Shown here: piece by piece, positions 8,967 to 17,645 of the stretch
Layout of the letters: the number at the start of each line of letters is the position of its first letter
How positions within the stretch are numbered: position 1 is the first letter of the stretch
Source: a bacterium
Lineage (GTDB): Bacteria; SZUA-182; DTGQ01
Direction: 5' to 3'
DNA length: 36,204 nt
NCBI GenBank assembly: GCA_040752695.1
Contig: JBFMGO010000055.1
Location: 1-36,204, forward strand
Made by a program: the position numbers and the translations under genes
Notes under the pieces: generated by a model
Seen by the model: only the letters and a program-made list of their open reading frames with translations
Databases searched by the model: none
Told to the model about the DNA's origin: nothing

Positions 8967-9461
8967 ATGCTGCTCGTGGAGATGAAAGTACGTGGAATAA
9001 CCCTGGATCCAGTGACCAACATGCCCATTATTATTTTACGAGACTTGGATAATAAAAAATCCTTACCCATTTGGATAGGGATTTTCGAAGCAAATGCAAT
9101 AGCCTCGGAAATGGAAAAGTTGTCTCCACCTCGTCCCATGACTCATGACTTGATCAAAAACTTGATTGACGGATTGAAATCAAAAGTCAAAAGGGTTATA
9201 GTGACGGATCTAAGGAATAATACCTTTTTTGCCACCATTGAACTGGAAAGAAACGGTACCGGCGTAGCTATTGATTCCCGCCCCAGTGACGCCATAGCGC
9301 TCGCCCTGCGTGCCAATGCGCCGATTCTCGTCTCGGAAGAGGTCATTAAAAAGGCGAAGACGATCGATATGACGCAGGAAAAAGACGTGGATGATAAAGA
9401 AAAACTGAGAGAATGGCTTGATAAACTCAAACCGGAGGATTTCGGGAAATATGAGATGTAA
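8967..9461 (+). CDS. Bifunctional nuclease family protein (DUF151)
   Basis: LPIWIGIFEANAI, RPMTHDL, IDSRPSDAIALALR; RBS GAGGAGG. Confidence 0.95.
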   Translation: MLLVEMKVRGITLDPVTNMPIIILRDLDNKKSLPIWIGIFEANAIASEMEKLSPPRPMTHDLIKNLIDGLKSKVKRVIVTDLRNNTFFATIELERNGTGVAIDSRPSDAIALALRANAPILVSEEVIKKAKTIDMTQEKDVDDKEKLREWLDKLKPEDFGKYEM

Positions 9462-9469
9462 AGGTATGA

Positions 9470-9901
9470 TTGTTGAAGGCTGAATTGGGTCACTCTGTCA
9501 AAAGGCGGGGTAGGTTTTGGGTTTACTGGTTTCCGATAGCTGCTTATATGTCGCTGATCTTTTTCCTGTCATCCCGATCCACTTTTCCATTAAGTCCTCC
9601 ACGGATACCATACAGTGATAAAATCTGCCACTGCCTGGAGTATGCCATTCTCGGCTACCTTCTGATGAGGGCTTTTATTCATGAGGATAATCCCCGGCTT
9701 TTTAAAAATGCATTGCTGCTGGCTATAGGGGTCGCAGTTTTATTTGGAATCAGTGATGAATTACACCAGCTTTTTGTTCCGCTCAGACAGGCGGACGTGT
9801 TTGATCTTGTGGCTGACAGCTTTGGTGCCGCCATGGGGTCCTGGTTTGCCCTCTGGATGCACTGGTTTACCAACAACAGACAAAGAAAGGGCCATAATTG
9901 A
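9470..9901 (+). CDS. VanZ family membrane protein
   Basis: DKICHCLEYAILG, SDELHQLFVPLR, DLVAD. Confidence 0.9.
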   Translation: MLKAELGHSVKRRGRFWVYWFPIAAYMSLIFFLSSRSTFPLSPPRIPYSDKICHCLEYAILGYLLMRAFIHEDNPRLFKNALLLAIGVAVLFGISDELHQLFVPLRQADVFDLVADSFGAAMGSWFALWMHWFTNNRQRKGHN

Positions 9902-10620
9902 ATCTGAAAGCGGTATTTTTTGATATTGACGATACTTTTTACTCGACCTCCGAGTTCGCTAAAATGGCTCGTTTAAACAGCGTCTATGCCATGATTGAGG
10001 CAGGATTGAAAATGAGCATCAGCGAATGCATCGAGGAACTGCGCGAGGTGATCGAGGAATTCGGCTCGAACTTTGGCCATCATTACGATCGGCTTCTTCT
10101 GCGAATCCCGAAAGAAAGGTATGGCGATGTGAATCCGGCCATTATCGTGGCTGCCGGAGTAGTCGCCTATCACGAGACAAAGTATAAAAACCTGAAACCC
10201 TACGAGGACGTTTCGGAGGTATTGCGCATTTTGTCTTCAACCAACCTGGTTCTGGGTGTTATCACCGCCGGACTGATGCATAAACAGGCTGAGAAGCTGG
10301 TACGATTGAAAATTCTCAAATACCTGACTCCCAAAGCGATTTTTATTACCGATCAAATCGGCATCGGAAAACCGAATATAAAGCTTTACAAAAATGCTCA
10401 TAAAAGCCTCGGGCTCAAAGCAGAAGAATGTATGTACGTGGGGGATAACCCGATCACAGATATTGATCCTCCCAATAGCCTGGGCATGATTACCGCACTC
10501 AACCGGCGGAGCGGAAAATACCTTGAAGCAAAGGGGAAAACAGAACCCGACTATGTCGTTCACGATATGTGGGAGCTGCTTGATGTGCTTAAGAAATATT
10601 ACGGAATCAAGGCAGAATAG
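9898..10620 (+). CDS. HAD-superfamily hydrolase, subfamily IA (TIGR02253-like)
   Basis: FFDIDDT motif I, IT motif II, KP motif III, YVGDNPITDI motif IV. Confidence 0.9.
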   Translation: MNLKAVFFDIDDTFYSTSEFAKMARLNSVYAMIEAGLKMSISECIEELREVIEEFGSNFGHHYDRLLLRIPKERYGDVNPAIIVAAGVVAYHETKYKNLKPYEDVSEVLRILSSTNLVLGVITAGLMHKQAEKLVRLKILKYLTPKAIFITDQIGIGKPNIKLYKNAHKSLGLKAEECMYVGDNPITDIDPPNSLGMITALNRRSGKYLEAKGKTEPDYVVHDMWELLDVLKKYYGIKAE

Positions 10621-10630
10621 AAAAAAGCCA

Positions 10631-10680
10631 AAAAAAGGAAGGGAAAGAGCCTTGCCTTTGGCTATCCTTCCCCTCTTTTT
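10631..10680. terminator. Probable bidirectional intrinsic terminator
   Basis: A-run + ggaagggaaag ... ccttcccctc + T-run, between convergent genes. Confidence 0.55.
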
Positions 10681-10752
10681 CATAAACGGAACAGGAGTAA
10701 CGGAGCGCATATGGTCTTCTAAAGCGTCTAGTTCGCTTTTAGCATCGGGAAT

Positions 10753-10893
10753 TCACCGTGCCGGCACCAGGCCCATAATGCCGACCACAATCAGATAAAT
10801 GGCAATAATATAGCTTAACAGCCCTGGCCTGATAAGGATAAGGACTCCTGCTATTAAGGCTATCAACGGTTGAAAGGCAGGATGAACAGTCAT
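10753..10893 (-). CDS. Small membrane protein, DUF3096-like (46 aa, absent from ORF track)
   Basis: Translated by hand: MTVHPAFQPLIALIAGVLILIRPGLLSYIIAIYLIVVGIMGLVPAR; GGAGG RBS 7 nt upstream. Confidence 0.85.
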   Translation of the reverse strand: MTVHPAFQPLIALIAGVLILIRPGLLSYIIAIYLIVVGIMGLVPAR

Positions 10894-10939
10894 TATTTAG
10901 CCTCCCTCTATATCTATCTTTATTCTTCTCTTTAAGGAT

Positions 10940-11407
10940 TTACTTGAAGTGGGAAAGCGCCTCATCATAGCTCCTCCCCAGAGCATCAACAGCAGCATCC
11001 ACTCCGTCCTTGAGGCTCTCCCACGAATCCGCGCTTGCTGATTTCAATTCCTCATATTTTTTCCTTACTTCTTCCCTCTTTTCCTCTAGTTCTGCAATCG
11101 CCTGATTCATCTCCGATTGAACCGTACCTGCCGAGCTTTTTGCCTTATCTTTCAGCTCATTCACTTTATTATCAAATTCATTCAGCCTTGCTTCCAGCAT
11201 GGTCTCATACTCCTGCTTTGCCCGAAGCAGGGAGGATTCGATTTTTCCACCAAGCTCGTTAGCATCCTGCTCGATCTTCTCTGCTGGCTCATGGCTCTCC
11301 TCCTGCTCGGCTGGCGGCTCCTCAGGCTGCCTGGGACAGGCTGTTAAAAAAACCGTGAGTAAGACCACTGGAAGAAGCATCGATATGAAAAATTTACCTT
11401 TCTTCAT
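10940..11407 (-). CDS. Coiled-coil lipoprotein (general stress protein-like)
   Basis: MKKGKFF...LTAC lipobox; Glu/Lys-rich amphipathic helices, SADSWESLKDGVDAA. Confidence 0.75.
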   Translation of the reverse strand: MKKGKFFISMLLPVVLLTVFLTACPRQPEEPPAEQEESHEPAEKIEQDANELGGKIESSLLRAKQEYETMLEARLNEFDNKVNELKDKAKSSAGTVQSEMNQAIAELEEKREEVRKKYEELKSASADSWESLKDGVDAAVDALGRSYDEALSHFK

Positions 11408-11588
11408 ACATCTCTCCTCATTCACATTTTTACCTGAGAGTGATCCAAAATTACAACCAAAATACTATAGACAACCCTGGACAATGGATCGTGCTTTTGG
11501 TGAATTCCCCGCTACTTCGTGCCGATTTCCGTGAGATGGCTTTTTTCAAGGTATTGTGAAAATTGAGGAGGTTTTTTCCGGCCCCGTT

Positions 11589-13082
11589 TTAAACGCGATG
11601 GATGAAGAGCGTGCGGGGAGCCTCTTGCCGGAGCTGAAGGCCGGCCATGGATTCGATACTGGCCAGAAACCAGAAAAGGAGCAGGCAGGGGTAATTTCCA
11701 TCCTCCCAGGCCGAAAGAATAAGCCCTGTGGATACTCCAAAAGATGCAACGGGGCTGATAAATTTACGGTAACTCCTGAGATAGTGGTAAAGTCCGATGC
11801 TCTCGCGGGCCAAATCTTCAGCCTTCCACGGCAGGGCGCAAAGGAGGGCTATCGAAGGGAAGCAGGCAGAGTCAAAAGGAAAGGCAGGAGAAAATTCATT
11901 TAAAAGAGAGAGAACAACCTTCTGAAAGGGATGGCTCTCGTCAGGGAAAAAAGCGGGATCGATCAGGGATTCTTCTCGCCGGGTCATCGCCAGGTTGAAC
12001 GCATCACCAAGCTCCATAAACCGGTCCACACCTGCCACAGGAGGTGGAGCCTGCAAAGAGAGGAGCAAAGAGGCTGATCTACAGTCTCGCGGTGACAGGA
12101 AAAGATTCTTTTCTTCTATAGCCTGTTTTATGTGCCGAAGGTGGTCCGGATAAGAATCGTCAGTCAGAACCATCATGAGCGTGGATTCATAAAAACAGTC
12201 AGAGCCCTGCAGCGGGCTTTTCCTCAGCCCTATCACGCGATTGCACCGGGTCAGAATCTCTTCATTCGAGCAGTTCTCAAGAGCCAGAGTAAGAGCAGCG
12301 GCAAGGGTCCCGTGACTTTTCTGAAGTCCTTTTTGTTGCAGAAGATCAGCGACTTTCAGCATCCTGACCAGTGTCGTCTCCACAGACTCTTTACACCTGA
12401 GGATCATGGCCAGCCAAAGGAGCAACTCATCTGGCATCATACGTGCGCGGTCCTCACCGATCCATTCCCAGGCAAAGCTCCAGCCTATGATTGCGTCGAA
12501 CTTTTCCTTTTCCTGGAAAAACAGTTTGGCCATTTCCTGCGAATTGTCATTTCCGGATAGAAGCGGAAAAAGGATCAGAGCCACATGCCATAGATAAGGG
12601 AAGGCAGAGGGAGGCTGTCCTTGAGAAAGCGAGTAGAAAAGATCCGTTACCCGGTTCAATCTGGCAAGCAACTCCTCCTTCGAGGGAAAGGAGGGAGAGA
12701 CAATTTCCAGAACCCGTACTATTTTAAAACCGTCTGCAGAACCGGGCGCTGCCGAGTACTCCATCCTGACCGGCTGACTACAGCCGGAGCACCGAAAATC
12801 CCGAATCTCTTTCCTCTCCCCGGGCCATCCCGGCTGTTCCTGTACCTGTTCCTGCTGCCGGGATTCGCGATCGAACAGTAGCCGGTGGAACGGCCCTGCT
12901 CCTGCCCCTGACAGGGGAGAGGAGCGGTCATCATCCCTTAAGAGGTCAGTTAAATCGGTTTCCTGTCCGCAGACCGGGCAGGTATACAGAAAAAGTGCTC
13001 TGCATACATTTTCTGCATTATCGACCTGATCGGGTTGCGTTCGGCTCACCCTTTGCTCTGGTTGCAGGGATAAGATTTCCAT
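11589..13082 (-). CDS. Hypothetical protein with N-terminal paired CxxC Zn-ribbon and helical C-terminal region (possibly DUF4003-like)
   Basis: CPVC and CSGC motifs; long helical domain; 497-aa open frame. Confidence 0.6.
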   Translation of the reverse strand: MEILSLQPEQRVSRTQPDQVDNAENVCRALFLYTCPVCGQETDLTDLLRDDDRSSPLSGAGAGPFHRLLFDRESRQQEQVQEQPGWPGERKEIRDFRCSGCSQPVRMEYSAAPGSADGFKIVRVLEIVSPSFPSKEELLARLNRVTDLFYSLSQGQPPSAFPYLWHVALILFPLLSGNDNSQEMAKLFFQEKEKFDAIIGWSFAWEWIGEDRARMMPDELLLWLAMILRCKESVETTLVRMLKVADLLQQKGLQKSHGTLAAALTLALENCSNEEILTRCNRVIGLRKSPLQGSDCFYESTLMMVLTDDSYPDHLRHIKQAIEEKNLFLSPRDCRSASLLLSLQAPPPVAGVDRFMELGDAFNLAMTRREESLIDPAFFPDESHPFQKVVLSLLNEFSPAFPFDSACFPSIALLCALPWKAEDLARESIGLYHYLRSYRKFISPVASFGVSTGLILSAWEDGNYPCLLLFWFLASIESMAGLQLRQEAPRTLFIHRV

Positions 13083-13413
13083 ACTTTTCTTGTCGGAACA
13101 CAGGGGAGATAAATTCTGAAATTATTTTCACCCATATGTCAATTGTATCCTTAATTACCTTGCCAATTCTTTCTTCCCTGCTGGAAAAGGGGGGGGGATT
13201 ATGGCCAGAATAGCTCATGAGCCGAATACATATGGGCTTGTCGGAGCCATACAAAAATTGTACACACATTTTCTGCAATATCTAGCATTAAAGAACCGAC
13301 AATAATACGAATATTATCCATACCGATATCAATAATGCGTTATCCATTAAAGATGCTGATACTATGGATAAATTCGCTATGAGACAACAGGACAAACATA
13401 CAACTGAGGGAAG

Positions 13414-14265
13414 ATGAAAGCAGAGGCAAGGCATCTGGAACCGATCCAGCCCCTGAGAGAAGAAAACTCTCCAGATCCGGACATATTTCTCTCGGTGGTT
13501 ATTCCGGCTTTTCATGAGCAGGACCGGATCGATGACACCTTAAGTGCTGTTAAAGACTACCTGCAGATTCAGGAGTTCAATTCGGAAATCATGGTAGTGG
13601 ATGGAGGAAACTACGATCGGACCACGGAAATTATCAAGAGCCTTGGCCGGTATATATATGATTTTAAAGAGCAAAGGTCCACCATGGTTGCCAGGAGCAT
13701 CAGAAACCTCGGTCAAGGGTTTTCCCTGGCCCGGAGCATACTCAAAGCCAGGGGAAAGTACATCCTCTGTACGGATGAGGACCTATCGACTCCCATCTCC
13801 GAAATCGAAAAGCTGTGGCCCCATGTTCGGAATGGCACAGACATCGTCCTCACCTTTCCGAAGAGCCGGACAGTGCAGATGAGCCGGTCGCTGAAAGGAA
13901 AATGCGTGGAGTATGCAGTCAGAGCGATAGCTCGATTGATGGCCATAAGAGGGATCCAATACCGGCAGTGTACGTTTAAACTCCTGGATCAGGATTCGGC
14001 CAAGAGTATTGCCAGAGCCCAGAAAATCTATAACAGCAGCTTCGATATCGAGCAATTGTATCTGGCTCACGCTCTGGGATTTTCCATCAAAGAAGTCCCT
14101 GTAGAATGGCGTCCCCCGGAGAGAAACAAGGTCAGCAGCCCGAATGATCCGGTTCGCCTGCTCCTTGACATTTTCGAGATACTCTATGTCCACAGAGGCG
14201 TGAAGCGCTCAGGACGTTTGGACCAACGGGGTACCACCGAGGACGACGGAACCGCCTGCACGTAA
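13414..14265 (+). CDS. GT2 glycosyltransferase, dolichyl-phosphate glucosyltransferase-like, divergent
   Basis: LSVVIPAFHE, ARGKYILCTDEDLSTP, FDIE, IKEVPVEW. Confidence 0.85.
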   Translation: MKAEARHLEPIQPLREENSPDPDIFLSVVIPAFHEQDRIDDTLSAVKDYLQIQEFNSEIMVVDGGNYDRTTEIIKSLGRYIYDFKEQRSTMVARSIRNLGQGFSLARSILKARGKYILCTDEDLSTPISEIEKLWPHVRNGTDIVLTFPKSRTVQMSRSLKGKCVEYAVRAIARLMAIRGIQYRQCTFKLLDQDSAKSIARAQKIYNSSFDIEQLYLAHALGFSIKEVPVEWRPPERNKVSSPNDPVRLLLDIFEILYVHRGVKRSGRLDQRGTTEDDGTACT

Positions 14266-14295
14266 CATAACTACCATCATCTCAACAACCACCGA

Positions 14296-14823
14296 TCAAC
14301 AGCCGCCGACAGAGGGGGGAGCGCCGTAATCTGCGTTCAGGCCGGCGAGGGCCTTTCGAATCAGTTCAATATCGATATTGGGGCAGGTTTTAACCTGGCT
14401 GAACTGGTAGTGGGCATAGATATCGCGACAGCTCAGTGAATGCTTTTCACACAACCTGGACAGCAATTCGGGCAGCGCCACGTAGAGCTGCCTGGCTGAA
14501 AACAGTCTTTTCCCGACCAGGCAAACCCCAAGGCTGTCCAGGTTCTGGCCGTAGCAATGGGCGCCTTCTTCTTCCTCGTCTCTTCCCGTTTCGATACATC
14601 CGTCCAGATCAGGCCGGTACTCCTGCGGATTACGATACCCGTTCAGGACCAGGTAGTGGTAGCCGATTTTTCGAAACGGATTCAGGGCGTAGACATCGGT
14701 TCCTGACGGCCAGGCTAAAGGCAGCAGGGGATTTCCTTGGCCGGTATGCAGATCGTGTACAAGCCTGGCATCGCCGAACTCACTATCGGTGCAGTGGATT
14801 ATTATCTTATTGATTTTACGCAT
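14296..14823 (-). CDS. N-acetylmuramoyl-L-alanine amidase (Amidase_2, T7 lysozyme type)
   Basis: IIIHCT, IGYHY, GAHCYGQN..SLGVCLVG, AH..KTCP Zn ligands. Confidence 0.9.
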   Translation of the reverse strand: MRKINKIIIHCTDSEFGDARLVHDLHTGQGNPLLPLAWPSGTDVYALNPFRKIGYHYLVLNGYRNPQEYRPDLDGCIETGRDEEEEGAHCYGQNLDSLGVCLVGKRLFSARQLYVALPELLSRLCEKHSLSCRDIYAHYQFSQVKTCPNIDIELIRKALAGLNADYGAPPSVGGC

Positions 14824-15041
14824 ATTTTATCTGCCTTATATTTCCTTTTGATCCTTAAGGTACCATGATGAGGTACCGTTAAAGGTTATCCTGGTTTTTT
14901 CACGATTATAGGGGTAATGAAGGTGTAAATACTGTTTTATTGTACCCTAAACGTGAAAGATATGACAAGGATAAAACCCTTTTTTGTATCATTTGAAAAA
15001 TCAGATGGTACATAAGGAAGAAAACACTCAAAGCCGAACAG

Positions 15042-15060
15042 ATTAATCTTGATGATTAAT
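15042..15060. promoter_or_regulatory. Palindrome upstream of EPS operon
   Basis: ATTAATC-ttgat-GATTAAT, 19 nt before the ATG. Confidence 0.3.
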
Positions 15061-15079
15061 AAAACCCTGATGGAGATTC

Positions 15080-16450
15080 ATGAAAGACTATTTCATTTCA
15101 AGCACACCAAGAGAATGGTTTTTTTATTTGCTTGGCGATATATCAGCAATCTTTCTCTCTTTGTACCTCTTTAGATATGCCGGCCCGGTAGGGGAATATG
15201 GAATCCTCCGAGCTTTTTTATGGCTTATTCCTTTCTACCTGCTGCTCTTTTTTATCTGTGATCTCTTTGATACGCGGATATGTCAGGGGGCAAGAATGCT
15301 CATGCATCGAATAGGCTCCGTGCTGATACTTTCTCTTTTCCCCCTTGTAGTCTGGTCTTTGATCAGAGGCGATGCAGATATCCTTGTAAGGTACGCCCCC
15401 TTATGTGGTATGGGCTTGGGTTTTATCTTTTTGTGGCGTCTTACTGCCAGACGCCTTTTTGCTTCGATCGCCTCTCCTTGCAGGATCATCGTTGTAGGAA
15501 ATACTTTTAACGGGAGAAAGGTGATTCAGGCATTACAGGAGCATACGCCCGGAAGATACCGTTTTGTTGGGGTTGTGGAGCCTCAGGGTACTCTATCGGG
15601 AGAAAGGGGGGAGAGATACCATGTTCTGGGGAGAATCGAGGACCTGGTTCATATTGTTGATCAGCACAAGCCACACGTTATGGTCATTGCCCTTGATGAG
15701 AGAAGAGAGGTTTTTCCGGCTGAACAGTTTCTGGACTGGAAACTCCAGGGGATCGAAGTCCGCGATGCTCCAGATTTTTATGAACAGATCACCGGCAAGA
15801 TACTGATCAACCGGCTTCGGCCAAGCTGGCTTTTATTTACTTCAGGGTTTGGCAATAAATCGATGCCCCAGGCAAGTAAGCGGCTTTTGGATATCGTCCT
15901 TTCCAGCCTGCTGCTCTTTTTTACTTCACCGATCCTTTTGGTCAGTGCCCTTCTGATCAGGCTGGACTCCAGAGGGCCGATTCTCTTCAGGCAGGAGAGG
16001 GTGGGGGAGTGGGGGAAAGTCTTTCAATTGTATAAATTCCGGACTATGGATGCCAATGCCGAGCAAAAAACCGGTCCGACCTGGGCTAAAAAGAATGACC
16101 ACAGGATTACCCGTGTCGGCCGCTTCCTTCGGCAAACCCGGATTGATGAGCTTCCTCAACTGATCAATGTATTAAAAGGAGAGATGAGTCTGGTGGGGCC
16201 ACGTCCGGAGCGTCCTTTTTTTGTTCAGAAGCTGGATGAACTTATTCCGTACTATAAGCAGAGGCTGATCGTAAAACCGGGGATTACCGGATGGGCAGCT
16301 ATAAATTACCGCTACTGCAGCACGCCCAGGGAAACCGGAGAAAAGCTCAGCTACGATCTGTTTTATATTAAGCATAGGTCATTGCTGCTCGATTTTTTCA
16401 TTGGTTTAAAGACGGTTAACATTATTCTTTTTAGAAAAGGAGCCCTGTGA
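15080..16450 (+). CDS. Priming polyprenyl-phosphate sugar-1-P transferase (XrtA/PEP-CTERM-associated type)
   Basis: 4 TM, Rossmann-like domain, FYEQITGKI...LRPSWLLF, YKFRTM, RIDELPQL, VGPRPERP, KPGITGWA. Confidence 0.92.
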   Translation: MKDYFISSTPREWFFYLLGDISAIFLSLYLFRYAGPVGEYGILRAFLWLIPFYLLLFFICDLFDTRICQGARMLMHRIGSVLILSLFPLVVWSLIRGDADILVRYAPLCGMGLGFIFLWRLTARRLFASIASPCRIIVVGNTFNGRKVIQALQEHTPGRYRFVGVVEPQGTLSGERGERYHVLGRIEDLVHIVDQHKPHVMVIALDERREVFPAEQFLDWKLQGIEVRDAPDFYEQITGKILINRLRPSWLLFTSGFGNKSMPQASKRLLDIVLSSLLLFFTSPILLVSALLIRLDSRGPILFRQERVGEWGKVFQLYKFRTMDANAEQKTGPTWAKKNDHRITRVGRFLRQTRIDELPQLINVLKGEMSLVGPRPERPFFVQKLDELIPYYKQRLIVKPGITGWAAINYRYCSTPRETGEKLSYDLFYIKHRSLLLDFFIGLKTVNIILFRKGAL

Positions 16451-16631
16451 GCAGGGAACCTGCAAGGGTTTTTTTCCGATTTGTGCTTTATGGGGAACGC
16501 AGAATAAAGGAAGGGACGCTGATCAGGGGAAAGAAGAATCTGTCCTGAGAGGGCGGGGGGGGGCATCTTTAAGGCCCTGCCCTAAAGAGGGCGAAGCTCT
16601 CGGCTGCCTGACCGGAAAAATGAGGAGATGA

Positions 16632-17627
16632 ATGATGAATGGACCAAGCTTTCAGAATATGACGAGGAGGCAGAGAAAGAGCCATGCTGGGCTCTTTGCC
16701 GTACCTTTTTGCCTCTGTGTTTGCTTTGCCCTTGCCCTTGGAGCTGTTATGTTTTCCTGCACTGCTCTGGCTGAGGAGCCGAACCGGACGCATGGTGAGG
16801 AGGAGCCCTCCAGAAGGGGCAGCGAGGAGGAGCCCTTCCGGGTCGGCATTGGGGAGGAGCCGTACCGGCTGGGTGGAGACGAGGAGCCGTACCGCATCGG
16901 TGTTGAAGACGAACTGTTCATCTCGGCCTGGGATAATGAACAGCTCACGCGCACGGTCATTGTCCGTCCGGATGGAAAGATTTCCTATCCCCTTTTGGGG
17001 GACCTTCAGGCAGAGGGCCTGACTCCGGAAGAAATGGCCCAAAGCATTCAAAAGGGATTATCCTCTTTCATCAATCAGCCGACAGTGGCGGTGACCGTAA
17101 CCAATATCAACAGCTTAAAGGTATATGTTTTTGGACAGGTCCAAAAACCGGGCATGGTGACCTTAAAGCGCAGAACGACTATCCTGCAGCTTTTATCCCT
17201 CATCGGAGGAGTTTTGGATACGGCGGACCTCACCAAAGCATCTCTTATCCGGAATGATCGCATGGTAGATGTGAACTTTTCCCGGCTCTTGAAAGAAGGT
17301 GACCTGAGCCAGAATATCGAGCTGCAAAAAGATGATACGATTTTTATTCCTGACAATTTTGATAAAAGAATCACCATCGTCGGAGAAGTAAAAAATCCGA
17401 AGGTTATTCACTTTCGGAAAGAGCTTACTGTCATAGATGCCATTCTGGAAGCAGGCGGATTTACCGAATATGCCAGGACCGATCGGGTGAAAATTTCCCG
17501 GCACATGGGGAATTATAAAAAAACCATTGAAGTAGATTTCAAGGCTATGCTCAAAAAGGCTCGATCCGAAATGAATATACCCTTAATGCCCGGCGATACT
17601 ATCTTTGTTTCGGAATCCCTGCTGTAA
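16632..17627 (+). CDS. Polysaccharide export protein (Wza-like, Poly_export + 2 SLBB)
   Basis: YRIGVEDEL...VRPDGKISYPLLG, VFGQVQKPG, VGEVKNP, AGGFTEYA, PGDTIFV. Confidence 0.92.
   Translation: MMNGPSFQNMTRRQRKSHAGLFAVPFCLCVCFALALGAVMFSCTALAEEPNRTHGEEEPSRRGSEEEPFRVGIGEEPYRLGGDEEPYRIGVEDELFISAWDNEQLTRTVIVRPDGKISYPLLGDLQAEGLTPEEMAQSIQKGLSSFINQPTVAVTVTNINSLKVYVFGQVQKPGMVTLKRRTTILQLLSLIGGVLDTADLTKASLIRNDRMVDVNFSRLLKEGDLSQNIELQKDDTIFIPDNFDKRITIVGEVKNPKVIHFRKELTVIDAILEAGGFTEYARTDRVKISRHMGNYKKTIEVDFKAMLKKARSEMNIPLMPGDTIFVSESLL
16773..16907 (+). repeat. 5 x 27-bp in-frame tandem repeat (EEPxRxG)
   Basis: GAGGAGCC at 16773, 16800, 16827, 16854, 16881. Confidence 0.92.
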
Positions 17628-17645
17628 GGTCAGAGACACACAACC

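Noticed and set aside
11510..11525. Minus-strand CGGCACGAAGTAGC as a sigma54 promoter
   Set aside because: GG-to-GC spacing is 9 nt rather than the required 10.
14853..14882. Paired GGTACC sites forming an imperfect inverted repeat
   Set aside because: Short and largely explained by two self-palindromic hexamers; no other support.
16773..16907. Regularly spaced GAGGAGCC as a possible CRISPR array
   Set aside because: The 27-bp period is too short, the units are in frame within a coding gene, and there are no cas genes.
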